DNA of 37,827 nucleotides. Origin: Candidatus Jordarchaeia archaeon (lineage in GTDB: Archaea; Asgardarchaeota; Jordiarchaeia; Jordiarchaeales; Jordiarchaeaceae). The translations under genes were made by a program, and so were the position numbers. The stretch spans positions 1 to 37,827 of the forward strand of contig JAHQXB010000043.1 of the NCBI GenBank assembly GCA_029856435.1, written 5' to 3'. The first letter of the stretch is position 1. Each line of letters opens with the position of its first letter. Positions 8,588 through 17,729 of this stretch are shown piece by piece. Below the pieces are notes generated by a model. The model searched no databases. It had not been told where the DNA came from and was given only the letters and a program-made list of their open reading frames with translations.

Positions 8588-9757
8588 TTAATTGTTGTTT
8601 TTGTTGTGTCGTAGGTAGAGTATGAAAAACATAAAGCCAGCAAGGGCCATGACTAGAGCGAAGAGCATAGTGTATCTGTATCCCCATATTTGGCTGATGA
8701 CTCCTCCTATTATGGGTCCCACAACAGTTGATAGGCTTATGGTGAAATTGAGTAGGCCCACTGATGTTCCCCTCTCTATACCGCTTTCGGCTACAAATTT
8801 TAGGGAGCCAATGTATAGTAGTGACCATGAGAGGGCTAGAACTAGCTGCATGGGGATTGTCTGCCAAAAGTTTTGTGCAATAAAGTATAAGGCGAAAGTT
8901 AATGCAGAAAAAGAAAGTCCCCCCACAACTAGAGATGTGCTTTTGAACCGGTCCAGGGGTCTCATTATGAAGAATTGGCCAAATGAATTTATTGCGTATA
9001 GTATTCCTATCCAGAGCTCGTTTGCTCCCAGCTGATTTAAGAAAAGCGGGAAAATTATCCATGTAGCGTAAGCGCCCGTGTGCCTAAAAAAGAAGGCTAT
9101 GTAGATGGAGATGTTTCTTTTGATTACATTTTTGGGAAACATAGGCACCTTAAGCCTAACATCGGGTATTGACATTTTGAGAGCCACGAGAAAACCCAAA
9201 AAGAAGAAAACTCCAGCCAATACAAACACTTCCCAGTAAACTGCAACAATGCCCGCCACGAAGTTGCCCACACCCCAACCTAGGGAACCATAAGAGACGA
9301 AACTGCCCATTTTCCTCCTTATCTCGTAACCATAGGCGATTAAGGCTTGGGGATAGATTCCCACACAGAAACCCGCCGCCGCCCAAGTCATTGTAAATAC
9401 TGTAGTGTTGGGAGCTAAAGGCTGCAGGGAGAACATCAATGCGGAGGATAACAGGCCAGCCACTAACAATGTCTTTCTTCCAGTAACATCAGCTGCTCTA
9501 CCAAAAATGTAGTTGGAAATGAGCTGGGTTAGCCCAAAAAGAGTGCCAATGAGACCTATTTGGGTGTCCGTGGCACCCAGATCTTTAGCAAAAAGAGGAA
9601 TAATTATGAAGCTAGTGGCTACAGAAACATTGGCAAAAAACATAATGGCGTTAGGCTTAAACATAGAAACTTGGCCTGTCTCTACTTTTTCAGCCACCTT
9701 TTTCCTGAACATTCTGCTTAGCAGGTTACCGCTCACCATTTGCACTCCATCTTTCAC
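8588..9757 (-). CDS. Major facilitator superfamily transporter, about 389 aa (start may be ATG 9739)
   Basis: About 12 hydrophobic segments; MFS motif A-like GRAADVTGRK and a second-half PLDRFKS equivalent. Confidence 0.9.
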   Translation of the reverse strand: MKDGVQMVSGNLLSRMFRKKVAEKVETGQVSMFKPNAIMFFANVSVATSFIIIPLFAKDLGATDTQIGLIGTLFGLTQLISNYIFGRAADVTGRKTLLVAGLLSSALMFSLQPLAPNTTVFTMTWAAAGFCVGIYPQALIAYGYEIRRKMGSFVSYGSLGWGVGNFVAGIVAVYWEVFVLAGVFFFLGFLVALKMSIPDVRLKVPMFPKNVIKRNISIYIAFFFRHTGAYATWIIFPLFLNQLGANELWIGILYAINSFGQFFIMRPLDRFKSTSLVVGGLSFSALTFALYFIAQNFWQTIPMQLVLALSWSLLYIGSLKFVAESGIERGTSVGLLNFTISLSTVVGPIIGGVISQIWGYRYTMLFALVMALAGFMFFILYLRHNKNNN

Positions 9758-9967
9758 TCTTTTTTATACGGATCCAAGAATATTTTTTTAAGGATGAAAC
9801 TGTAAACGAACAAGCTTTAATTCTTTATGGTAAACCCCAGACCCACTCTCCATAAAAAATAAGAGAAAACAGGAATGAAACTTATATTTTCCAAAAAATG
9901 AAGGGGAAAATTCTTAAAAAAAGTAGGTTTAGGGAACCCGAATTGAGGAAGTGTGCTTGTTTCTGCA

Positions 9968-12900
9968 TTATATTTTTTTGGCTCTCGCCGACACATCTTG
10001 AAGTATCAGGTTTAACAGTTTTATTAGTTCCATATTTGTGGTGTATATTCCCAGAGGCTCTGGTGCTGCGACTGCTAGGATCATTTCTTCGCTGTCCCTG
10101 TTGAAGGCGTACACATTTCCGGAGTAATGTTTGATTTGTATGTTTGGCGTGGATATTGGGGGAGCCTTCCCCTCAACGTCTGAGACCAACATGACTCTCT
10201 GTCTGGGCATCTGTGAGAGCTCACTTAAGGGTACGTCCTCAAGAGTGGGTGTTAGGATTGTTATGGTGCTCTTTGTGTTTCTTATGAAGGTTTTGAGCAG
10301 GTTGAGTATTTGCTCTCTTCCCACCACCCTCTCAGTGTCTTCGAATGGTTTGGGCTCAATTTCCTCGGCTAGTTTCATTATTTTGGTAATTAATTTCAGG
10401 GTATCCTGGGTGTTGGTTATGGCTTCATCTATTTTTTCTGGAATTTCTTCTGCGAAGCTATTTAGGGCTAGAGTTGAGTCTCTCTCGTTTTCTTCGATGT
10501 TTATCTTGGTTAGGGTTATGGTTTTGCTTATTTCTTTTAGGTAGTTTGAGGTTGCTTCTTGAAGCTGTTGTTTCAGGGACTGTTCCATGGTTGAGTAACC
10601 TGAGTTTAGGGCCTCTCCAAGTGAGGTGTAACTATCCTTTATGCTTTCAATGGTTTCATAGGTTTTGGATTTGAGGTCAGAGTGTCTTTTTTCAAATAAG
10701 AGACCCAGTTCTCTTTCAAAATCCAAGAGTTTTGTTTGAAGGCTTGCGAAAGGCTTATCAGTTATTCCAGCAACGCTCTTCAGTTCGGTTTCTGTGGCGT
10801 CTCTACTCTCCCTACTATGTTTGTCCAGTGTAGATAACAAATCGTATTTCATTTTTTCCAAGTAGCCTGGCAATTCTTGTCCAATAGCGGATATTACCTC
10901 TTTGGCTCCTTTTAGCACATTGTCCTGTTTCTCCCTAATCTCGTCTCTGGTCTTGGCCAGGTTTTCTTCCAGTTTTTCCTTATGGTCAGTGAGTTGTTTT
11001 CTGAGCACTTGGAATTCTTGTTCTATTCTAGAGGATACCTCCTTCTCCTTTAGGCTCAACAGTTTTACTGCCTTCTCAACGTAGCCATTTAGAGCCTCCT
11101 TTAAATTGGAGTGGAATTCTCCCAGTCTTTGCTCAGTTGTACCAATGAACTCCTTTATCTGGGTTTCCAAGTTTCTTTCAAGCGCCAGCCTCTCATCAGA
11201 TATCTCCTGAATGATCTGGCTTCCAAGGACGGGGACCTCGCTGGCAATTTTATCCGCGAATGTTTCCAAATCCGCTATGGACTCTGAGGAAACTTTTTGT
11301 ATTTCTTCTTTTGAAGCTAGAAGGCCACTAACAGTTTGCCTGGTTCGTGTGAAAATTTTTTGGGCCTCTATATTTGCGTTTTCCAAAGTTTTCTGGAGGC
11401 TTTCAGTGGTTTCCTCAAGTGAACTCTTTAAAGTCTCAGAAAGGCTCTCCACTGTGCCTTTAAACTGGCCCACAGTGTTTTCTATCAGTGCAGTGGACTG
11501 GGCTCTTACTGATGTCAACACCTCGCTGAGGGTCTGCGATACTTGACTTAGCTGCTGTGTGGCCTCACTAAGCATCTCCTCTCCCTGCTGACTCACTCTC
11601 TGGGACATGTTGGAGCATTGTTTCAGAATGTTTTCCCTCCCCTTTTTCATTGCATCTCCAATGCTTCGCTCCAGCTGGTTCTGAAGAGATAAAACGTTTT
11701 TGCCCTGTTCACTTAAGTTATTGATTGTTTCCTCTAAAAACTTGTTCAGAGCCATTCCAGTTTGTTCCTTGAAGCTGTTCTGCTCTTCCAATATTTTGTT
11801 AATTTCATTCTTCACAGATTCGTGTAGTGCCTGATAGGTTTCAACGATTTTTCCAATCTTTGATTCGAAGGCGCCCAGTAGGGTTTTTATTTGCTCAGCT
11901 TTGCCCGACACCTCTTCATCAGCGTATTTTTCTGTGCGTTTAACCATTTCACTGCTTTCTGTAAACATGGATGCTGCGAGTTCTTCCAATTGCTTGGAGA
12001 AGGAATCTGTAGCCTCGGTTAACTTTGAGTGATGATTAGAATTCAGAGTGTTCAGTTTTCCCCGCATCTCCTCCAAGTTTGTGGCTTGGGTCAAAATGGA
12101 GCTAAGTTCTTGGAGAGAGTTTAGATTTGTTTCGGTGACAGCACTGGCGCTGTCTGAGACCAACTTGTAACTGGTTTCTAGCACGTCCTGGACTTGGCCA
12201 AAAAGGTTGCCCAATTGCTCCTGAACATCCGAAGAAAGGGCAGTGGTGGTTTCATAATTTTCAATTATTGCTTTCTGTAAAACTTCAGAGGTTTCCTCCA
12301 ACTGTTTACTGATTCTAGTTTTAGCTGATTCAAACGCTGTTAAGCAGCTGTCTTCATGGCTTCTCATCTGGCTTGAGGCGTCTTTTATAATCTCCATTAT
12401 TTCTTGAAGATAGCTGTCTAATTGCTTGTCAACCTCCAGGAATGATTCGCTCAAACTGCTCTCGTTTATGTTCTTGAGGTTAATTATTTCGGAGTTCACA
12501 ACATCTTCGTAGGTTACCTTCACCGCTTGGTCAATTTCCCCTTTAGTTTTGGCGTCCTGGTCAACGAATAGGCGAATTGTTTTTTCAGTGCTCTTTCCGA
12601 GCGACTCTCTAATGTATGTCAAACTCCTGTCAAGCTCATCGAGGATGTTTGTGGAAACCATATTAATATTCTGGTTAACATCATTAACGGAGCTGCGTAG
12701 TTCACCTTTTAGAACCATAATTTCCTTTTTACTTGCAGCGATTCTATTCATAAGCTCCTCTGTTTCTTCCTTTCCCAGTGAGAACTTTTTCTTATCGCCC
12801 GACTTGTCCTCAATGTACTGGAGGATGTCAACCATTTTGTTAATCGCGGTGGTGAAGGTTTCTTCAAAACTGGTCATTTTACTCTTTTGAACCGCAACAC

Positions 12901-15406
12901 TATCTGTAAAGTTAACTGAAAGATTTTTTCTAAGAGACTCTGACTCGGAAGCGAAGTTGGACATAAAGTCTTCTAGGTGTTTCTTGGTTAACTGTGTCCT
13001 ATTCTCCAAGTACTCACCAATTTTTCCCACCAGACTCTTGTCCGCTTCACTTATCCTTTTTAGAATATTTTCTACAACTGTTCTTAAGTCTTTAGAGGCG
13101 CTGTCTTTTCTTTCTTTTAAGTTTTGCTTTAGGGATTTGGTTCTCCCGTCTATTTCTGCGCCTTTTGTTTCCAGCTCGACCTCCACTTTTTGGAGCCCTT
13201 CGCTTAGGGACGATTTTAACAGTTTTTCCTGCTCCCCCAAAATTTCCCAGATTTTTTCCAATCCCTTTTTTACTTTGTCCGAGTCAATGGTCTTTTTTGT
13301 GAATAGAGTCTCTTCCCACTCCTTAGTCTTTTTCTCCAATTTCTCCTTCAACTGTTCAAGATTTTTCATCAGCTCTTCTTGATTGGTTCTAAGGGTTGAT
13401 GCAACCTGCTGGCTCTGCGCATTTATTTTTTCTTCCACAATTGTACGGGTTTTGTTAAAGGACCCCATTATGTAGTTAACCTTGTTCTCCAATCCCTCAA
13501 TTGTCTGTTTTAGGGCTTCATCGATTTCCACCAAGTAACTGTCCCTAAGGACCGTTATTCTGTCACCAACGCTTTTTGCCAGCCCAACAAATCTCTGTAA
13601 CACCTGGTCACTGTGTTTACGAAATTCTTGAACCAAGTTTTCCCGCAGTTCATTTAGGGTGTTGTGGAATTCTTGTATTGCATCTTTGACCAAGTTTTTC
13701 ACAGAGTCATTAGTCTGGCTAGTTACAGAGTCAAAAGCCTGTTTTGACCAGTTATCGAAGCCAATCAAACTGTTTTCCCGAGCATCTAAAACCTCGTGGA
13801 AATTGTCCAGAGAGATTTGCACTGCTTCCTTAAATTTGTCCTGAAGTTTGTTTAGAACCGCAGCCTGTTCTTTTATGCAGCTCTCCACTTCACTCATAAC
13901 CATTGCGGAGTAGCCCTCAAAGAGATGTGTGGTGGACTTCTCAATTATTGTTCCCTGTTCTTCCACAGCCCTCATCAGAGACTCTTTTAAGTTTCGGGAA
14001 GCTTCTCCGATCATATTTATTTGTGTTTGGATTTTCTCTCCCAGAGTGAGTAAGCTGCCACCCAAAGAGTCAGCCATTTGCTCCCACTGTTTCGAAATCT
14101 GGAATACTGTTCGCTCAAAGAGGACTCCCTGTCCACCCTCATATTTTTTTAGTGTAGTTGTGATATCTTGCATCCTTTGTCCTAGTGCCTCAAATGATCT
14201 ATCTAGTGTGCTTAGGGGTTCTGTGGTTTCATCCTTATATTTCTCCATTATGCGTGATGCTTCCGTTTGGAAATTGTTTATGAATTCTTTAATCTTGGAG
14301 TTTACTCTCTTTGATTCTTCAAGTATTAGACCTCTAAGCTTTGCGGTTTGAACCTTAACCTTTTCCTCAGCTTCTCCTAGGAAGCCGACTAATTTTTTCT
14401 GGTTCAGATCGAGGTTTTTTCCGATATCCCCTAAAAGTGCCGAGTTAACGTCCCTCACTCTTGATAATTGTGTTTCAGTTAGGGGCTTCAATTCCTCCAC
14501 AAATTCCGAAACTCCAGACATCACGGTCTTAGCAATTTTTAGGGTGTTTTCATTTATAGTGTTTAGTGATTGGAGTTTGATGTCTCTAACACCTTTTAGA
14601 GATTGGTCTAAGGTATAATCTATGTCTGAGAATAGGGTTATGAGTTCAGAGTTTGTTCTTGCGGATACATCGCTTGTTCTTGTTTCTATGGCTTTTAAAG
14701 TATCGTTTACAGCGGTTTCCAGCTTTTCTTGAAACTCATTTATGGAGTTTCTTGTATGTTCTATGAAGTCCTTCAAAACTTTCTCGGAAGTTTCCTTTAC
14801 CCTTTCTATGTCGCTTCGAAAGGTGTCCACTGCTTCTTTGGCTCTGCCGACGAGGGTTTTTATTATTTCGCGGGAATCCTTCTCGTGGTGTTCAAGCATC
14901 TGTGTTAGGAGCTCTCCAACGCTTTGTGATTGTTGATTTGCTTCGGTTTGAAAATTGTCCAAGGATTCTTTAGTTGAAGCCAGAAGCTGGCCTAGCAGTT
15001 GAGAACTACTGTCTTTAACTTCCTTCAAATAAGTGGCTAAGCGCTCATCCAGACGAGTTTTGAGAGAAAGCACGCTCCTACTAAGTTGTTCAATGGCGCT
15101 TTTGGCACGTTCCACCATGTTTTTCTTCAAGTTTTCCAGCTTTGACTGAAGTGTTTCGGCAACCATACCAGTAAGGGCTAGGCGGGGGGTTAAAGCAATG
15201 TAGAAGTCAATTTTTCCCGGAATTTTTTTAATAACTCCCATAGACTCCAGTTTTTCCAGCTCCCGTGTAACTTCCGGAATGGTTAGATTCGTGTAGACTG
15301 CTAATTCTGAGGCTGTTTTTGCGCCAAGTCCCACACATGTTGCGTAAACTTTTGCCTGTACGCCGGTTATTCCAATATCCTTCAGAGTGTCTTCCCAAAC
15401 GGACAT
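9968..15406 (-). CDS. Giant TrmB-like protein, 1812 aa: N-terminal winged HTH (about aa 1-77), about 1600 aa of amphipathic helix/coiled coil, C-terminal TrmB effector/PLD-like domain (about aa 1692-1812)
   Basis: N-terminus LKDIGITGVQAKVY...TASELA...ELEKLESMGVIKKIPGKIDFYIALTP fits the TrmB wHTH pattern. C-terminus VVGREQILNLLKTFIRNTKSTITILTP...YAFNRDSEEMILA fits the TrmB C-terminal alpha/beta domain. The middle is E/K/L/S/Q-rich with very few Pro. Confidence 0.85.
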   Translation of the reverse strand: MSVWEDTLKDIGITGVQAKVYATCVGLGAKTASELAVYTNLTIPEVTRELEKLESMGVIKKIPGKIDFYIALTPRLALTGMVAETLQSKLENLKKNMVERAKSAIEQLSRSVLSLKTRLDERLATYLKEVKDSSSQLLGQLLASTKESLDNFQTEANQQSQSVGELLTQMLEHHEKDSREIIKTLVGRAKEAVDTFRSDIERVKETSEKVLKDFIEHTRNSINEFQEKLETAVNDTLKAIETRTSDVSARTNSELITLFSDIDYTLDQSLKGVRDIKLQSLNTINENTLKIAKTVMSGVSEFVEELKPLTETQLSRVRDVNSALLGDIGKNLDLNQKKLVGFLGEAEEKVKVQTAKLRGLILEESKRVNSKIKEFINNFQTEASRIMEKYKDETTEPLSTLDRSFEALGQRMQDITTTLKKYEGGQGVLFERTVFQISKQWEQMADSLGGSLLTLGEKIQTQINMIGEASRNLKESLMRAVEEQGTIIEKSTTHLFEGYSAMVMSEVESCIKEQAAVLNKLQDKFKEAVQISLDNFHEVLDARENSLIGFDNWSKQAFDSVTSQTNDSVKNLVKDAIQEFHNTLNELRENLVQEFRKHSDQVLQRFVGLAKSVGDRITVLRDSYLVEIDEALKQTIEGLENKVNYIMGSFNKTRTIVEEKINAQSQQVASTLRTNQEELMKNLEQLKEKLEKKTKEWEETLFTKKTIDSDKVKKGLEKIWEILGEQEKLLKSSLSEGLQKVEVELETKGAEIDGRTKSLKQNLKERKDSASKDLRTVVENILKRISEADKSLVGKIGEYLENRTQLTKKHLEDFMSNFASESESLRKNLSVNFTDSVAVQKSKMTSFEETFTTAINKMVDILQYIEDKSGDKKKFSLGKEETEELMNRIAASKKEIMVLKGELRSSVNDVNQNINMVSTNILDELDRSLTYIRESLGKSTEKTIRLFVDQDAKTKGEIDQAVKVTYEDVVNSEIINLKNINESSLSESFLEVDKQLDSYLQEIMEIIKDASSQMRSHEDSCLTAFESAKTRISKQLEETSEVLQKAIIENYETTTALSSDVQEQLGNLFGQVQDVLETSYKLVSDSASAVTETNLNSLQELSSILTQATNLEEMRGKLNTLNSNHHSKLTEATDSFSKQLEELAASMFTESSEMVKRTEKYADEEVSGKAEQIKTLLGAFESKIGKIVETYQALHESVKNEINKILEEQNSFKEQTGMALNKFLEETINNLSEQGKNVLSLQNQLERSIGDAMKKGRENILKQCSNMSQRVSQQGEEMLSEATQQLSQVSQTLSEVLTSVRAQSTALIENTVGQFKGTVESLSETLKSSLEETTESLQKTLENANIEAQKIFTRTRQTVSGLLASKEEIQKVSSESIADLETFADKIASEVPVLGSQIIQEISDERLALERNLETQIKEFIGTTEQRLGEFHSNLKEALNGYVEKAVKLLSLKEKEVSSRIEQEFQVLRKQLTDHKEKLEENLAKTRDEIREKQDNVLKGAKEVISAIGQELPGYLEKMKYDLLSTLDKHSRESRDATETELKSVAGITDKPFASLQTKLLDFERELGLLFEKRHSDLKSKTYETIESIKDSYTSLGEALNSGYSTMEQSLKQQLQEATSNYLKEISKTITLTKINIEENERDSTLALNSFAEEIPEKIDEAITNTQDTLKLITKIMKLAEEIEPKPFEDTERVVGREQILNLLKTFIRNTKSTITILTPTLEDVPLSELSQMPRQRVMLVSDVEGKAPPISTPNIQIKHYSGNVYAFNRDSEEMILAVAAPEPLGIYTTNMELIKLLNLILQDVSARAKKI

Positions 15407-15407
15407 T

Positions 15408-17729
15408 TTAGGCTTCCCCTACTTTTGAGATTTCTTTTTCAACGGCCTCTAATTGTTTTTGAGCTTCGCTCACAGACTTCAAAAAGTTTGCGAGTCCCTT
15501 TGATATGCTTCCTCCACTCTTTTTCACTTCACCCTCAACAGAGGAGAGGCTGGTAATAAGCGTTTTAATGTTCTCCTGTATATTGCTCATCTCTTCCTTC
15601 AATTCTTTGAGCAGCTGGTTTCCCTGTTCTGATAATTCACTGCTTGTTTTTTTGCCTTGCTCCGACAGTTTTTTAGAAATACTTGCGTAGGAACCTTCAA
15701 GGTTTTCCTTCACCTTTACTTTAACGGAAGTCAAGCTGGGTTCAGCGTCCTCAGCCACACTTTTTATATATTCGCTTAGGGAGTATTTTTCCGCATCTGC
15801 GGTTTCCAAAATGCTCGATTTGCTCTCCTCCAACTCCTTCTTGAGACTACTTATACTATTTGTGACGATGTTCTTTAGGGTGGACTCCAATCTCTCAACA
15901 GACTCCATAGTTGCTGAAGAACTCTCATTTATTCCTTCACCCATTTTTTGCTGGAACTCATTTACCAGATTTTCAATACTTTTTCCCAAATTCTGGTCCA
16001 GCTCCCGCAATTTCTTGATGAAGGCTTCCTGCACTTCTATCGTTTTCGTTTTGGTTCCTTCAAGAATTTGACTAAAATTCCCTTTTGATTCTCCAACGTC
16101 TCTAATCACTCTTTCTAGGGATTGCTCTATTTCTGTGGTCATGCTTGTTGATGCACTTTCTCCAATTTCACCCATCAATTCACTGGTGCTTTTAATAAGT
16201 CCTGAGGTCTTACTCCTGAAATCAGCATTCTGAGATAGGATTAAGGCTTGGTTGGCGTCGAGGACGCTCCTAACATTCCTTGTGACACTATCTTTAATGG
16301 ACTTGTTCTTTTCAACATATCCCTCCAAAGATTCAGACAGTTTTTCTAGGAATTTTTTTAGAGCCCCATCAAAATCCTGCTTTGTTTCTGCCAGTCCAGA
16401 GTCGAAATTGGACTTTATTAGTGAGGCGTTATCATAGAAGGATTTAACGGACACAGTTGCCATTTGTGTGAATTGCTCCTCATAGCTTTGAAGAACGGAT
16501 TGAATCTCCTTCAGTTGCGAAACAAACATTTCATTAATATTAGTATTTATTGAGTCTACCAATTTGGATATCTGCTCCAAAGCACTCGAGAGATCCTCTC
16601 TTATCTGTTCCTGTAAAGATAGCACACTTCCCTCCAGTCGTTCCAGCTGACTCACAAGTTGGGAAGAGAAGCTGGAAATCAGGTTTCCCACACTCTTGGA
16701 GAACTCTTCCTCCTTTGAACTGACTACTTCCGAAAGTTTATCCTTGGCTCTGCTGCTAATCTCTTCAATTTCCTTGATTTTAGCTTCCGCAATGCCTTTT
16801 AGTTCTGTTTTAAACTCTTCTTTCACCTTCTCCAGAAGGGATGTAGCCTCCTCAAATTTTTCGTCCGCATCACCCTTAAGCCTTTCGTGAGACTCAGCCA
16901 CCTTACCCTTATACTCGTCACAAATCTTGTCCAGAGAGCTTATGGTTTCTGTATCCAGCGTTTCCAGCCTATTTTTCATCTGGAGAACCATGGATTCAGC
17001 TTTCCTTTTGGCGTCCGCAAATATGGATAAGAGATTATCTTGATGCTTATCTAAAATTTCAGATGCCTGTGTTCCAAAATCCCCAATTTGAGTCGTAAAG
17101 CGTGCATAGTTTCCTTTTATTTCGCTGCCTTCCTCCTCTTCGAATTTTTGTATGCTTGAAAGGAGTTGACTGCTTAACTCTTCAGAGACTTTTGATAATA
17201 GTTCCTCCTGTTTCTTTCGGTTTTCCTGAGTTTTGGAGCGAAACTCCGCCGCTAGTTCACCAATCTGTGAAATCATTGATTCTACTTGGGTGTCCAGGTT
17301 TGATTGTGTGCTTGTGATACTTTGGCTGAAACTGCCCTTTGAAGCCTCAATTTTTTCCGTGATTCTACTATCTACTTGTTTCAGGTTTGCAAGTAGCCCC
17401 TCAGTTATGCGGTCAATTCCCTGGCTGAGAGCATCAACCTGAGTGTTAATTTCTTCCCTCAGGCTTGCCTCCATCTCTTGCATCCATTTAATGACATTGC
17501 TTTCAGCATCCTTAAGTGAGGCCAAAAACTTCTTCCTTAACGCATCCTCATTCGACTGCAGCTGTTTTGAAGCAGTTTTCAATTTTTCAGATGAGGAACC
17601 AATTTGCTCAGTTAAGCTGGAAAACGTCTGGTCTAACCTCGTTTCCAATTCCTTGACACTATTTTTTGTTTCTTCCAATGATTCCCTTTTGGCTGCAACC
17701 TTCTGCTGAATTTTTTCCATAAAGTTCAT
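15408..17729 (-). CDS. All-alpha-helical coiled-coil/apolipoprotein-like protein, 773 aa, no recognisable globular domain (start may be ATG 17720)
   Basis: Long ORF in the E/K/S/L-rich helical style of its neighbour, with a single Pro. ATGA overlap with the upstream stop; ends 1 nt before the next ATG. The GGAGG SD is better spaced for ATG 17720. Confidence 0.88.
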   Translation of the reverse strand: MNFMEKIQQKVAAKRESLEETKNSVKELETRLDQTFSSLTEQIGSSSEKLKTASKQLQSNEDALRKKFLASLKDAESNVIKWMQEMEASLREEINTQVDALSQGIDRITEGLLANLKQVDSRITEKIEASKGSFSQSITSTQSNLDTQVESMISQIGELAAEFRSKTQENRKKQEELLSKVSEELSSQLLSSIQKFEEEEGSEIKGNYARFTTQIGDFGTQASEILDKHQDNLLSIFADAKRKAESMVLQMKNRLETLDTETISSLDKICDEYKGKVAESHERLKGDADEKFEEATSLLEKVKEEFKTELKGIAEAKIKEIEEISSRAKDKLSEVVSSKEEEFSKSVGNLISSFSSQLVSQLERLEGSVLSLQEQIREDLSSALEQISKLVDSINTNINEMFVSQLKEIQSVLQSYEEQFTQMATVSVKSFYDNASLIKSNFDSGLAETKQDFDGALKKFLEKLSESLEGYVEKNKSIKDSVTRNVRSVLDANQALILSQNADFRSKTSGLIKSTSELMGEIGESASTSMTTEIEQSLERVIRDVGESKGNFSQILEGTKTKTIEVQEAFIKKLRELDQNLGKSIENLVNEFQQKMGEGINESSSATMESVERLESTLKNIVTNSISSLKKELEESKSSILETADAEKYSLSEYIKSVAEDAEPSLTSVKVKVKENLEGSYASISKKLSEQGKKTSSELSEQGNQLLKELKEEMSNIQENIKTLITSLSSVEGEVKKSGGSISKGLANFLKSVSEAQKQLEAVEKEISKVGEA

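Noticed and set aside
10131-17709. Many plus-strand ORFs of 60-141 aa opposite the helical genes
   Set aside because: Antisense shadows of E/K/L-rich codons (S/F/L-rich, no motifs); the same applies to other short nested ORFs in the track.
9968-17729. SMC/Rad50/SbcC, myosin or apolipoprotein orthologs
   Set aside because: No Walker A/B, signature, hinge or zinc-hook motif in either rod protein; such hits would reflect composition only.
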